A stretch of DNA of 64,000 nt from Hydrolagus affinis (taxonomy: Eukaryota): assembly GCA_012026655.1 (NCBI GenBank), contig JAAILG010001372.1, positions 1 to 64,000 on the forward strand. The letters run 5' to 3'. Below are positions 12,905-26,663 of the stretch, one piece after another. A program made the translations under genes and the position numbers. Each line of letters opens with the position of its first letter. Position 1 is the first letter of the stretch. The notes below the pieces were generated by a model. It was not told the origin of the DNA, did no database searches, and was given only the letters and a program-made list of their open reading frames with translations.

Positions 12905-13558
12905 AAATAATAATAGTAATAATAATCCTTGCATTTGATATAGCGCTTTTCACATCTTCGAGACATCTCAAAGTGCTTCACAGAATATACTGTAAAATGA
13001 ATTGACTATATTTGTGGGAAAAACATGGTCCCACAAACAGTCGTGGATTGAAATTACTAATTTTTTTAATATTGTATTTTTTTTGGAGGGATTATTATTA
13101 GGCATGTGACTAAGGAAACTTGCCCAAGGTTTCGCCCTGACCTGCCTGGATTCGAACCCAGGTCTCACGCTTGTAAGACGAGTGCTCTAAGCACTGAGCT
13201 ACAGTATTGTGTTTTTCCAAAGAAATTTTAATAATAATAGTAATAATAATCCTTGCATTTGATACTGCGCTTTTCACGTCTTCTAGATATCTCAAAGCGC
13301 TTCACAGAATTTACTGTGTAGTGAATTGACTGTATATTTGTGGGAAAAAGACGACAGCCAATTGCGCACAGCAGTATCCCACAAACAGTCGTGGATTGAA
13401 ATGACCAATTTTTTTATTATTGTGTTTTTTTGGAGGGATTATTATTAGGCGTATGAATAAGGAAACTTGCTCAAGGTTTCACGCTGATCTGCCTGGTTTC
13501 AAACACAGGTCTCACGCTTGTAAGGCGAGTGCTGTAAGCACTGAGCTACAGGACTCCA
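12905..13558 (-). mobile_element. Two tandem near-full-length family A SINEs
   Basis: Copies at about 12905-13204 and 13230-13558, each with a tRNA-like head (A and B boxes) and a (TAA)n tail. Confidence 0.88.
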
Positions 13559-14826
13559 CAATAGTCAAACAATGGGCAAAAATGTAATCTCCAAATAGGC
13601 AAAAATGTAATCTCAAAACAACAATGTTTACATATTTACAATTCCTCTTATCTTTCATTTTATATTTTGCATAGTGAAAACATTTAACACTTTGCTAAGA
13701 ATTTGTTTTTAAAAAACTTTTTCAGAACAGAAAGGGATTGGAAACAATTTTTGGAAAAAAAATGTTGCTGTAGCGAAATCTATGGCTTTTTCCATCTGGT
13801 TCATTGAATCATATCAGGAAATCCTCATTTAACCACTAATGCTTAAATTGAATGCAAAAAAAATATTCAAAACTTAGGGAGCCTGAAGTTTAAAGGAAAT
13901 AACTGCACACAGTATCTACTGCAGCCAAATATTGAAATTTTGTTGGAAAGCATAGTGCTTTAGAAAACTGTACTATAATGTGAAGGAAAACATATGTGAC
14001 ATATGTGCATGTGACTGTCAGGAAGGTGGAAGGCAGACTAGATAGACCTTAGTCTTTTTTTCGTCTAGTGGTTCTTATGAAGGTAGAGTAAACTTGAAAT
14101 CTGTTATGTCCCCTCAATGTTTTCCCCTTTTCTTTCCTGCCTTCCTGATCTCATGGTGGGCTTCAGTCCCACAGGTGCTGGCAGCCCTCCAACATCTGAC
14201 CCAACAGCCATTCTTCATGTATAAGGCTTTACATTGAGGGCTGGTAAACACAGCACAGCACAACCTTGCCTTCACCCAACAACATGCATATGCACCAAAT
14301 GATAATCGTTACTCTTGGTATCGCATCTTTCATGTTGAGAGGACATCTCTAAAGGGCTTCACAGTATTTACCATAACTGGATATGTTGTGACTGTCTATG
14401 TTGTAGGCAGACTTTCCAGGAGAGATTCACTGGATTGCAATCAGATTCTTGTTTTCTTTGCCTCCTCCTTCCCTCCCCTTCAGCCTCAGGACGCTGAGGT
14501 TAATTTTATTGTTCCCTAATTTTACTTTAGCTAAATTGTGCAGAAATCAGAGAGCCATTCACTGTACTACATCACATGATCTATTTATTCAAGCTATTGT
14601 GGGAGTCTATATAATATTTCAGTTGAATTAGGACATTAAGTGACAGAATCTGATTGAACGATGTTTAGTTGCTTGGCAAGCAGTAGTCACACTGTTTTCT
14701 TTGACCTTCGGAATCATGTCTTTCCACTGCCTCCAAACAAGAATATTTATTATTACATTTTATAGATTTTGAAAAACAAAAATCAATCCCAAAAACAATA
14801 ACATTGATTCTCCCTCCATGGCTTAT

Positions 14827-15217
14827 TAATAATAATAATAATCTTTCTTGCATTTCAAATAGCACCTTTCACAATCAGGGCATATCTCAAAGCACTTCAG
14901 TGTAAAATATAAGCACAATATATTTTGTGGGTGAATGGAGTAACCAATTTGAACGGTGTCCCACAAATGCGTGAATGACTAACTGTATCTTGAGGATTAT
15001 TGGCCACAACACAATAGATTATTGTCTATTTGAATAGTGCCATGAGATCTTTTACATCTACTTGAACAGGCAGATGGGGCTTCAGTTTAATATCTCAGGA
15101 TAGCAACTCCTCACCGCCCTAATACTGCGCTGGAATGTCAGCACAGACAGAGTTCAGATGTGGGACATAACCTTCTGACTCGGAGGCGAGAGCGCTACCA
15201 ACTGAGCCAGGATGACA
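14827..15217 (-). mobile_element. Deu-domain SINE (SacSINE1/AmnSINE1-like)
   Basis: Reverse complement contains the head gtcatcctggctcagttggtagcgctctcgcc and the Deu core gatgtaaaagatctcatggcactattcaaa. Confidence 0.75.
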
Positions 15218-16949
15218 TTGATGCATGATCTGTATTGCACCAGTTAAATTAGGATTATATATCATTACTGTAAAGTGTGTAGACTGGGAGAAGACGTATT
15301 GTAAAAATGCACTTGAAATGGTTCTATAAAATGTTAGAATATTAGAGTATTATATACAGTATACAGATAGGTGCTTGAATACACAACCATTCAAGTAATG
15401 CAATTGTTTCACCTAGAAGCTGGCAGCAATTTTTTTTTACTATGAATGGAATGACAGCAATTGATTGTGGAAGTTTTTCTGTCAATACTGGCACAGATTT
15501 TGTACAGTTTTGTTTTTGGAAAACTACCGGAATATTTCCCTTCTATTCAAGATTGACATTTGGGGGCAATGTATGTTGCACCTACAAGTAATGGATGTCA
15601 TCTTCTTTCAAACTCTTAACCCATCAATAGAGAAGTCCTGTAACAGTACATTTTTTGTGATGTTAAATAATCCAGGATATTCAGTTTTCTTTGTTCACTT
15701 GTAGCTTTTCATCTAAGATCAGTCTGACATTTTCCATAAGTATAACAATTGACATGAGGTTCCCCATCTCAGTGGACCTGTGAAGGCAATTATTTTGGTG
15801 TTAAGCTCTGAGTATTGGTAAAGTTGTGTTTCAGTGTTTCTTGTATTAAATAAGTCGTTGAAGTAAGAAAGATTTGGGTCACGCAGTTCATGCACATCTT
15901 CAGTTACAGCCTGTCAAACACTGGCAAAATCGTATCAATCACATACAGCTAGGAGTGTGGTTCAGAGAGTTATAACATTTTTTAAAAATCTAGCAGAAGT
16001 TACTTGAAATAAAACGCTGCTTGGTGACTGTCTGTGGTTAGCAATTTTTTGCAGGCAGGTTAAGGGAAAAGATGGCATTCCAGTTCAATTAAGACTGACA
16101 TGTACAAATATATAGGAGTTTAGGAACAGAAGGCCAGTCAGCTCATCAAGCCTGGGTGTCACAAAACATTCCAATGCAAATGCTTCATTCCCGAATCCCA
16201 CTAGTTTGCCTTTTTGCTGCATCCTTTAATCTTTCCACTTTCCAATTACCTACCCATTTCTGATTTATGGATTATAAAGATTCATGCCACTGATGATAAA
16301 GTTGGGGATGTCTTACAAGCAGCACAGATGGTGAAAGCTTCCTTCCCAGCCCGATATCCTTTTAGAGGAGGGATAGAGCTGAGTTCAAGGGCTGCCTTAT
16401 TATGTCCAATCCACTTGAGGATCTTCCATTGGAGGCTGTGAACATTTAACTATGGTGGATTGCATCTTCAGAAAAAAGGGTGAATGGAACATTGAACATT
16501 GAACTGGTTGTTATGGTGATTGAGTGATTACAGAATTGCATTGATAGTACTCACAGAGAAGCAGAAAGATAACGCTGTGGGGAGGAAGGATGAATTAGAA
16601 TGCAAGTCACCCCCATGCTGCTATTGCATTGAAAATGGAGCATCATTAGTAGGGCAAATAGAGAATTGAGAAGCTGTTTGCCAAAAATTGTGTGTGGTGG
16701 TGGTGGGAGGGCTGCGGGTTGGTGCTATTGAGAGCTACATTTTACTAGCAACTTACATTTTGTCACTTTATTGATTAAAAACTAAACATGAGGAATTAAC
16801 ACCTATTAAATTGCAGGAAAAAAATTAATGCCTTCTTTAATAAACCTGGGCAGACCACTTTTTTTGGGGTGGTGGGGGGTTTCAGGGGGATATTGGACTG
16901 CGGGGCTCCAGGAAGTCACCACTTTCTGCCTCTCAGACCGCACACAGAT

Positions 16950-17950
16950 GCAACAACAACAATAACAAAATTACATTGATAGAGTGCCTTTCACGTCAGC
17001 AGCCCCAAGTCACTGAGAGAGATGCAAATTCACAGACATAGAGAGAAAGAGAGACATACACTCACCAACACTCAGAGGCACACACACTCAACAACAGCTT
17101 GCACTTATATAGCGCCCTCCATGCCGGGAGACATCTCAGAGCGCTTAATGGTGGCAGTGCCTGGTATTAAGGGATATGGGGATAAAGCGGACAGATGGAG
17201 TTAGATTAGAAGATCAGCCATGATCTTATTGAATGGCGGGGCAGGCTCGAGGGGCCGAATAGCCTTCTCCTACTCCTTATGTTCTTATGAGTCTGAGCCG
17301 GGGTTGGTGGGAGGTGGCTGTAAGCACAGTTGAAGAGGAAAGTTTTCAGGCAAGATTTCTAAAGTGGGAGAGAGGCAAGGAGGAGGGATTGAGGGAGAGT
17401 GTTCCAGAGTTTGGGGGCATAGTAGCTGAAAGCGCAACCTCCGATGGTGAGGCGGAAGATGCGAGGGATGAGCAGGAGGCCTGTGCCAGTTGAGCGGAAA
17501 TCGGCGAGGAGTGAGAAGTGAGTGAGGAGTAATCAAGCGGAAGGTGACAAACGCATGTACGAGGGTTTTGGTTGCATTTGAGGTAAGGTATGGTGGAAGG
17601 CGGTTAATGTGGCAGAGATGGAAGAAAGCAGTGCTGGTCAGGGACCAGTTATGGGGATGGAAATACAGCTGGGGGACGAACCAGACACAAGATTACACAC
17701 TGGTATACAGACACACATTCACACACACACATACAGAGAAGAGAGAGAGACACACACACATACAGAGGAGAGAGAGACACACACACATACAAAGAGGAGA
17801 GAGATACACACACACAAACAGAGAGAGACACAGACAGAAGAGAGAGACACGCACAAACAATGTCAGCTGGGCCTCGGGGTGAGCCACTCCAACCATAGCA
17901 GCAGTGTTGAGTAAATAGCCAGCAGTAGAATGCGGAGGGAGCCCTGTTAT
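16950..17950 (-). mobile_element. Nested cluster: L2 tail, CA/GA microsatellites, CR1 3' end (+, about 17160-17290) and L2 body fragment (about 17300-17680)
   Basis: CR1 tail gatcagccatgatcttattgaatggcggggcaggctcgaggggccg; L2 RT-like sequence on the - strand; mixed (CA)n(GA)n at 17690-17860. Confidence 0.75.
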
Positions 17951-20900
17951 ACAGGTTTGTAACAGAAGTGGATGTTTGCAATGGATTCCATGGAAAAATT
18001 GCGGCCAGACTTTTCTATCAGTCCAAATCATTAAGCAGTACCTTGGAAGGAGATCCATTGTTTGCTGTCTGCTTGGCGGCAAGGGTTAGCTGGTGTTGTG
18101 GCATGGGAGGGGTAGCAGAGGGTCTGGAGGAAGAGTACAGGGTGAAAAACAAATAGCTTTTCATTTAAAACGTACATTTCACAGCAGCCACGTGATTCCT
18201 TGTTGAATTGGGAAATGTCAAAAGTTACATGTGTGTGTGTGTGTGTGTGTAAAAAAAAAGGGCCTTGCATTGTTAGAAAATGTTCCGGCTGGCTGACCTA
18301 CAGAGTCTGCAAGCATGAAATATGGAATTTTTTGTGCTGATTAAAATCAGTAGTTGTTAAAATATTTGAAAGAGAGAGGGACAAAATATTCCACATAATC
18401 CTCTACAGCTACAGGGTTTAATAAGTGAAACTTAATAAGTGAAACTTTCATCAGATATTCTTCCTGCTTGTATAGTGTTTCAGTATGTATAAAGGGCTCC
18501 GTTCATTAGTGCTGGAATGGTCATGAATTGATGTTTGCCAATGTTGATCCAATTGATCTGAATGGAGATGACATTGACTTTCTGGCATTTTAGTTGTGCA
18601 GCATAATCATCAGAGGATTTTCCATAATGATTTCGGCTTTCAGAAATAACCGAGGACTGACTTTGCAAGAGGGAGATTTTGAATTGTTAATGCTGTGGCT
18701 TGATGAAGAGCTGAGCATTTTGTTTTGCACCTGGAGATGGTAAAAATGCCAATATTGATGGTCGCCAGTTATGCACAGCCACAGTTCTGTGCACTCCACC
18801 ACCTTCAGAAAAGCCTCCTTGTTCCGGTATGCTTTTCAAGATCCACATAAGTATTGCACAATCCACAGTGCAGCCTCTCCAGTCAGGAGTGGTAACTGAG
18901 AAAGTGAATCAAGCTGTGCAGGAAATGACCTTTCTCAAAATCTCTGTGGGAGGAAGGAAATGCTGTTTTACTGAAGATTTTGATCATTTGTTCTTCCCTT
19001 AACCTGGCAGCAATCCTGTGTTTGTGATTTGTACAGTACACTGAGAATATTTAGTAGAGAACTGAGCAATAGACTCATTCTCCTTACTATTATGGTTATA
19101 CCCAAGTTTGAATTTACTACTTCATCAGTGCTGGTGAGATGTTAAATATGGGTTGATTTTAAAGATTGCAGCTATACTGCTCTGTGTGTATGTGTGTTGG
19201 GGGTGCAGGGGAAGGGGCGGGGGAAAGAGAGAGGGGAAAGAGGAGGGTTGCATATGTTCATTTAGTGAGAGATGAAAAATCAATGTGCGATTTGCCCGGA
19301 GGAAGACAAGAAACAGAAGGTTTTCAATAATATGATTAGTGAGGATTGCTAATTGCAAATAGTTCCAGACAATCAATCATTGATTGAAAGTTCCCTAATC
19401 ATCCTGGAAATTACACAATTAATCCATTGATATTCAAATCGCAAATAGTATTTTTGAGATACATTAATTACATTTTATAAATGCAATTCTAATACAAAAC
19501 TAATTATAACTGAGAAGATTTTGATATGTTTGCAGTGGTGAAACATTGAAGCTGGTCAGTGTCACTCTTCAACCAATTGCTGGAAAAGCAGCACAACTCA
19601 GCAACTGATTTACATTGTTTTAATCCTCGCTCATTCTTACCCAAAGCCTCATCCCTTAAATGCAGGCACAGTACTTGAAAGTGGGCTGGAGGCCTAAAAG
19701 TTTGCCACCAGGTGCGAGAGAGGAAGCACCAGAGCTCCATCTGGTAATTAATACCTGCAGCTAATTCGAGCTGATCTGCATTGGCAGAGACAGCATCGCT
19801 GTTAATGCCCCCTCTCTCTCTCCCTCTCTATCATACGATTTGTTAAAATCATGTTATTCATATCATTCTGCTCGCAGCCTCAGGGCATTGGGAGGTCTTC
19901 TAAAGAATCTCAGTGAGTGCTATTGAGTAAATTATTCAGGCCTACCTTGGCATGGTGTGCAAAGCCCATGTGAGCAAGGCCTTTGTACTGTTAGGTTAAC
20001 ATTGGTCTGACTAGTGCTAATATGTTGGGTTACTTAGTAGCACTCTTATTGTCGAGATCCGCATTGAAACTTGAGCTCATAGCTTAGGCTGACACTAATG
20101 GCATGTTGGGGGAGGTTGCATTATTGTTACACCGAAGTCTCATCTGTCTCTTCAGATGTAAATGCCACAATACTATTCGAAAAGGCAAAGGACCTTCTCC
20201 TGTATCTCACACATGGGTGAGATCTAGACCCATCATTCATTTCTCCATAATGATTCTGCTGTTCTCTGCTTTTTTTGAGCTAGGAAGTAGAGTGAATCAT
20301 TTGCAACTTCATTATCATGTAATTCATGCGTAAAGATGATATTTATTTCCTTAGTTCTTGGACTGCTTGAGTCATAATGTTTGATACAAACAACGTACAA
20401 TTCATCAGTCCACAGCAGCCAGTGACTTTGCTTGGGACTTTTGCTAGTTTTCTCCTCTTGACCTGGTTTCTGAGAAGCATGTAGCCTGTTGTGATTTGCC
20501 CTGTGATGAATCTCCACATTATTATTTGGCACACCCGACGTCTGCTTGGCAGTTACCCAGATAGCATGATGTAGCTAATATCTAATCAATGGCGTGAGCT
20601 TTCCATCCTCCCACATCTCTGGCATGATGCATTGGAACACCTGCATTCTGGTGCTACTCAGCCAATCAAATCGCCATATTTTGAGTGTAACGTTTTATTA
20701 TTCTTGGTTCTTTAATATGTTATTCTTTAAAAATTAGGTGTGTTCTGTCTTGTTTATCACTGGTGTTGAGTGAGTACAGAAACCTGGGTGTGGTGTTGCC
20801 TCATCGTACTGTACATCATACATAATTGCTCTTTAATATAGTGGAACATGAGGCACTGGATAGGTTAAGATTTAATTTGACTAGGTTTCAAGTATGCAGT

Positions 20901-22164
20901 TTTTTGAGGAAAACAACTACTCGTATCTTCTGAAAATAGACGTCCAAGACTTTTCTATTCTTTGCTGTTATAGATTAAAATGTTGTCCTCAAGATATTGC
21001 TATAGGATTGCCCTACTCCTTGAATTCCAATGCTTCTGAGGTGCATCTGATGTTGTACCGTCCATTATTAGCACACTGCTCATTATAATAAATGCAATAT
21101 TGATTCCAAAGACTTGTATAATGACGTTTGGCGTGTATAGTTCGGTTCTCCTGGGATTCAGGGTACCCTAGTTTCATTGTTATCCCGATAACTCAAATAA
21201 ATGAACTGTTTCCTGACTTCAAACATTGTGACTGGTACCAGCCAGTGTATTGTAACTCATTCACTTTAGACGGGTGAGGAGTCAATTTGCTGAATGGAGC
21301 AGTGAATAAAAACAAGCTGTTTGCGTCTTAAGTTGGGGGAAGGTAATTGTGGGCTTGGGTTCAGAGACTGACATTGTCTGGATTCATCTACTTAATGTGC
21401 ATCTCCCTACTTGCTAATAACCATAAGCTAATAGCTTTGGAGAATCTTTGGCCCCAGACCGTTAGGCACTGCAGCTGGAGGAGGTTGGGTGGTAAGAAAA
21501 GGCTTGCCATGTTCAATTACACATCTTTGACCTGCCTAAGTCTTTGGACTTGCTCTGACTTGATTTCTGTGGATTTAAAGCCAGTTAATGATCAACCTGG
21601 TGACTTGCTTTAAGGAATGTACAATTATTCAAAAAAAAGCTTGGGTTGGAGCCAAAAGTCGCATGCCATTAGACAGATGTTCTGAAAATGACTGATCTAT
21701 TGTGTTAATGATTTGATGGGTTAAAAAGCTGTGGTATTTTGAATGTTATAATTGTGGCAGGCGAGTCATGTGCAGGGTTTCTTTCAATCCATTTCGGTTA
21801 ATGAGAAGTATTTTCAGAAGCAATTTCGCAGCTAACTGAGATATATATAATTTAGTCCAAACTTAACTCCATATTTAATGAAAATTTATTTCAGACCATA
21901 TGAAAGGTCATGACATGCTTGTTGATGTGATTTGTTTAAAAAAAGGAGTACAGTATTACTAAATAAATTATAATAGCAAAGAGGGGAAAAAGCTAAAATG
22001 CTGCTAAAAATGTAACTCTGTTTTAGTACTTACTGCTTTACCTTTTTATAAATCCTAAAAATCAGAAATTCCTATCTTATTGAACAAAAAATATTTTAGA
22101 AATGCACACAAGTAAAATGTACATATAATTTTGGAGGATCAGTTGAGTGTCTGACACATGCAGA

Positions 22165-23200
22165 AATCCATCACGTTGTTTAAGAGTATCCAATCCAAGC
22201 TGAGATTTCCAAGCATTCCTACCGACACATGGAAATCCCTTAGGTAGATTGTTGGAATGGAATGCAAACTCTCTCCCTGGAGGGACGGACCCTGCTAACC
22301 TAATTTCAGAAAGTGTTACGTGCAGATTGGCAAGAGCCAAGACTTGGGGACCACAGAGTGTACGTTGGGGTAATGCAGGAGTCCAACCAGCTGAAACCAC
22401 ACAGCTTGCCGTTGATATTGCTGTCTGACAAGCTTTCCCACTGCTTGTCCAACTTAGACCACCCTACCTGTTAGGGTCTTTGGCTTGCAGACTTAATGGG
22501 AGCTGAGTGGGATAACTTGCTGACCGCAGTAACTAGTCTGCCCTTCCAGGTCCTGCCGATGAGCCAGACTGGCTGTGCTTTCATCAGCAGTGCCCTGGAA
22601 TACTGTGGGCCCATCTGGCTCAGGAACTGGACAACTGAGATCGCCACAGAGGGCTGGCTAGATTTCGGCAATCCACTGCCAGGCATGTCACCTTGGAGCC
22701 ACTTCAGCTCCTATCAAATTCTGCTTAATATGCATCTAAGCATGCAGCCACGGCAGTGAAAGTATGGTGAAGCATCCTGTACAATAGGGCAGGACTAACA
22801 GAATGTCAATGTATGGATTTGAGTGCAGCCGGACAGTTTGTATAGAAGAAACAAACTGTGACCTGATAACTTTCATACACTATTTTTGGAGGGGTCAGTT
22901 GGGCATGTAACATAAATGCGGAAACCCATCACCATGCTTAAGAGTATCCAACTGAGGATTCTATGTATGCCAACGACACATGGAAATTCCTATGTCTAGA
23001 ATGGAATGCATACTCTTTTCCTGGAAGGATGCACCCTGCTAATTCTGGAGAGTATTAGGTACAGGTTGGCAAAAGCCAAATCTTGCAGACTGCAGAGTGC
23101 GCCTCAGGGTAAGGTTGGAGTTTAACCAACTGAAAACATGAAATCCTATTGAAAATATTGTCTGGCAAGCTTCCCACTTGTCCAGCTAGGACCACTTTTC
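22165..23200 (+). mobile_element. Decayed non-LTR retroelement remnant (APE-like start plus RT-like end), 5' part duplicated
   Basis: RLLEWNANSL and (frameshifted) VGVMQES motifs, then ALEYCGPIW; diverged direct repeat of about 22165-22460 at about 22925-23195. Confidence 0.5.
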
Positions 23201-25066
23201 CTAATATGGCTTTGGTTTACATACACAATAAAAGATCATAATTTACAATAAATTATTATTTTTAAAAACATATCGAGTCTATATAAGAATTTATTTTGTG
23301 GAATCATCTATCAAATTTTGAATGAACCATACCTTCCTCCAACTTCAATGTCAACAGAACTGAGTCTAGGCTGCCTGGCATCCTCTGACACTCACTCTTA
23401 ACTCACTCTTAACTTAATGTTTCTATTAGAATATTCTCAAACTAGTTCAGCAAGAAATATGAACAAAAACACAAAGACAGGAGATGTGTTTCAAGTAACA
23501 GCACCAGTCGTGCTGTTAAGGTTCACTTCAAGCATATTTTGTGACTGCAGACTTCTTTTTTTTTTAAAAGTTAACTAAATGGGGAGAATATGAGTAAAAT
23601 CACAGACAAGCATTCCATCAAACCCTGAATTTTGTTAGTAACAACACAGGGGACAAAGTCATTCTACATGCCTCAGTGTGCAGGCAAGGTATTGGTAATG
23701 TATGCCTTTTCCTCAGAAATCCTCATCATAATGATGTTTAACTCACACTGTAATGAAGAGGTACAGTACTATGTCCCCTGAATATGCAGTTGTATAGTGC
23801 AGTTATTAAGCGTTTCAAACAAATGTAATTATTATGCTGATTAGCATATTTAAATCTTACATTAGAACTCCCAATGTCCTTCGGTCCCAATGTGCCTTAG
23901 ATAATTGAGTCATGCCAATTGAGCACTTATTAAAACCCTTTGTGATTTCATGTAATCAAATTGTTCATCCACCAGTTATACGAGATACATTATTTTTTCC
24001 CCCAGTGAGATGCAGAGTTATTTGTCATGCTTGTACACACTGTATTACAAATAATAAAATAATATTGGATAGGTAGAGATATCAAAATTAGTTCGTATGA
24101 TGTACTGATGATACTCAATGATTCAAGGACCCTTTAAGGCTAAGCGTCTTGAGATCCCTTCTGTTGCATCTCATGTGCGACTTTTCCCAAAGGTGTGCAC
24201 CAACACATATCACACCATCAATCATTAATCGGATAGTGCTCTCCTAGTTATGCTGCTGGGTGTGACAGATGTTTTGAAAGTACCATAAAATGTATCTGCA
24301 CTGTCAGACCAATCGATTGAACAATGTCTTGTTTTTTTTAAAAAAAGTGAACATATGGCTGTGCTTGTTACTGCAGGTGATGGGGGGATGTGTGTGTGTA
24401 TGTGTGTGTTCGCTCGCACATGTATTCTGAGATAGGTGGATGGATAAGTGCTCTTATTGCCAAACATGCCAATAGCTGGATGAATAAGCGCTTTTATTCA
24501 ATACATGCCAAAGAGTAAACTTTAAACCACTGACAACTATGCCACCTTAACGAATTACCAGAAGTTGTTTGAATACGCAGGAGCACTGCCCCAGACCAAC
24601 CTTGAAAACGATTGTTTAAAAAACTTAAGGAAAGCAGCTGTCAGATGATAGAACTGCTGAGATCTCCTTGAATAAACAACCCGAAGAGACAGAAAATATT
24701 AATGCCTCACAGATGATATGTTATGAAGTTGATTCTCTCCCTCACAGAAATAGACATATCACAAGCATGAGATTTGCTTCACAGTGTATATCCGAACTCA
24801 GATTTGTGATAACCCTCAGAAACCTTCCCTTTCAATGCTAAAAACAAATGCAGAGTTCAGTGAGTGGAGGAATTGATACTTCATGAGTATTTTTATGTGC
24901 ATAAATGTTGATTTATATTGTTTTAATCCATGTTTTGGGGGTGGTTGGGAGCAAGTCTGTGAAAAAGGCGACAATGGCTGACCGTAGTTTATCTGGATAT
25001 TGAAATTTCTCAGGTAGTTATTTCACTCGTGCTGTTTTTAAAAATTCTTGTCTTCTTTTCTTCCAG

Positions 25067-25154
25067 GCATTACTAAACACACAAAACAAATTGAGAACTC
25101 TTGTTCCAAATTTTACTTTCAACCTTGGTTTCTCTGGAAAGTTCTACCACACAG
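25067..25154 (+). CDS. NDST2: NDST2 coding exon 2
   Basis: ttccag|GCA; [29 protein letters not shown]; G|gtaaaa; 88 nt. Confidence 0.95.
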
Positions 25155-26393
25155 GTAAAAACAAATTCTTGCTTTTTTCCTGTTTTTTTTTCTTTCTTTA
25201 GGTACATTTTGCATATTTTCCGCCCATTAGGATAGAAGCCTTTTCTTATTGCTCTTTAACCAGAAGATAAACAAGTATTACCCAAGTGTTTCCCTGCCTC
25301 CTGTCTCCCTCTCTCCTGTGTCTTTCTCCATCTTTGGACATTCAGGGTTTGTGTATTGTGAATAATCACTAATCCTGCATCCTACTGGAGTCTTTGATGC
25401 AGTTTTTTTTAAGATCATTTACACTGATTCATTCTTAGTAAGTACCTAGATGACAATTCCCATAAATGGACCATGTCCATATTTTATGTCTTTCCGTATC
25501 AGCCTTTACCATTGGTATTGCCCTGAGTAAAACAATGGACCCTTTTGAGTGGATGTACTCTAGGCACCAGATTCAGCACCGTTTCCCTAACTTTGAGACG
25601 TGGAAAGTATTTGCAGCACACAGCAGATCTGCAAACAGAAGAAAATTATTAAAGAAATAAAATATTGTGGAATGTTTGTGTTCAGAAACTAAATACAGCA
25701 ATAATTGAGGTTGGAAGATTTTATTTCTAATGGTGAATTCAGCCAGCAGTTGACTCCTTGCCAAATCCAACCAGCCAATGCTGCATTAGTGGGTTTAGGT
25801 TTGGGGAATGTACATTATAGAGATTACAGGAAATCTGCAATCATCACCTGAGGGTTAATGTTGCTGCAGAGTGAGATCTTCTACCACTTTTTATTTTGGT
25901 GCAGCTATGTATAATACAAGTGCTTATTTTAAAAATGATACCCCTGAAAAAGAATTCTTAACACGCTATTCAGGTTTTGTCATTGCTCGAAGGATTCATT
26001 GAACTTTGATCTGTGACATTTTGGAAACAAATGTAACGAGAAGTATTGATGATGGTCCTATATTAGATGCCAATTGCCCCCTCCACACCCCAACACCCCC
26101 TCCTCCTCTTCCCCCAAACCATCATGTGTACTTTAGAAGCCTTAATTAGTGTATGGAGGGGTGGGGATAGGAATGGCTTAAAATGTTTTTGGTAGCTGCC
26201 TTCTTCTGACAACTTTTAAGTGTTCTTCCAGTTGAATTTCTCAGTTCTCAACTGAATTTCTCATTTTTTTTGCAAGAGACAAAACGTTTTCTAACTAATG
26301 TGCAGCACAGATACAAGCTACTTGACCAAACCAGCCAATGCCAGCGTTTATACTCAACATGTTTTCACCCATTCCTTACTTGCTCCCACATCC

Positions 26394-26493
26394 NNNNNNN
26401 NNNNNNNNNNNNNNNNNNNNNNNNNNNNNNNNNNNNNNNNNNNNNNNNNNNNNNNNNNNNNNNNNNNNNNNNNNNNNNNNNNNNNNNNNNNNN
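26394..26493. other. Assembly gap (100 N)
   Basis: Run of exactly 100 N. Confidence 1.
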
Positions 26494-26663
26494 TCAATCC
26501 ACGACTGTGTGTGGGACACTGCTGTGCGCAATTGGCTGCCGCGATTCGCCCACAAATATATACAGTCAATTCACTTTACAATATATTCTGTGAAGCGCTT
26601 TGGGACGTTGATAAAATGTGGAAAGCGCTATATCAAATGCAAGGATTATTATTATTATTATTA
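26494..26663 (+). mobile_element. Family A SINE 3' half abutting the gap
   Basis: Near-identical to 1-168. Confidence 0.85.

Noticed and set aside
16290-16450. Weak RTE-like peptide on the - strand (WKILKWIGHNKAALELSSIP)
   Set aside because: Too short and degenerate to call without a profile search.
17544-18082. Several overlapping ORFs over 100 aa
   Set aside because: Artefacts of CA/GA microsatellites.
18560-18620. Hammerhead-like CTGATGA...GAAA on the - strand (a similar CTGAAGA...GAAA lies near 45135-45172)
   Set aside because: Stems II and III cannot be paired convincingly; at most a decayed Penelope remnant.
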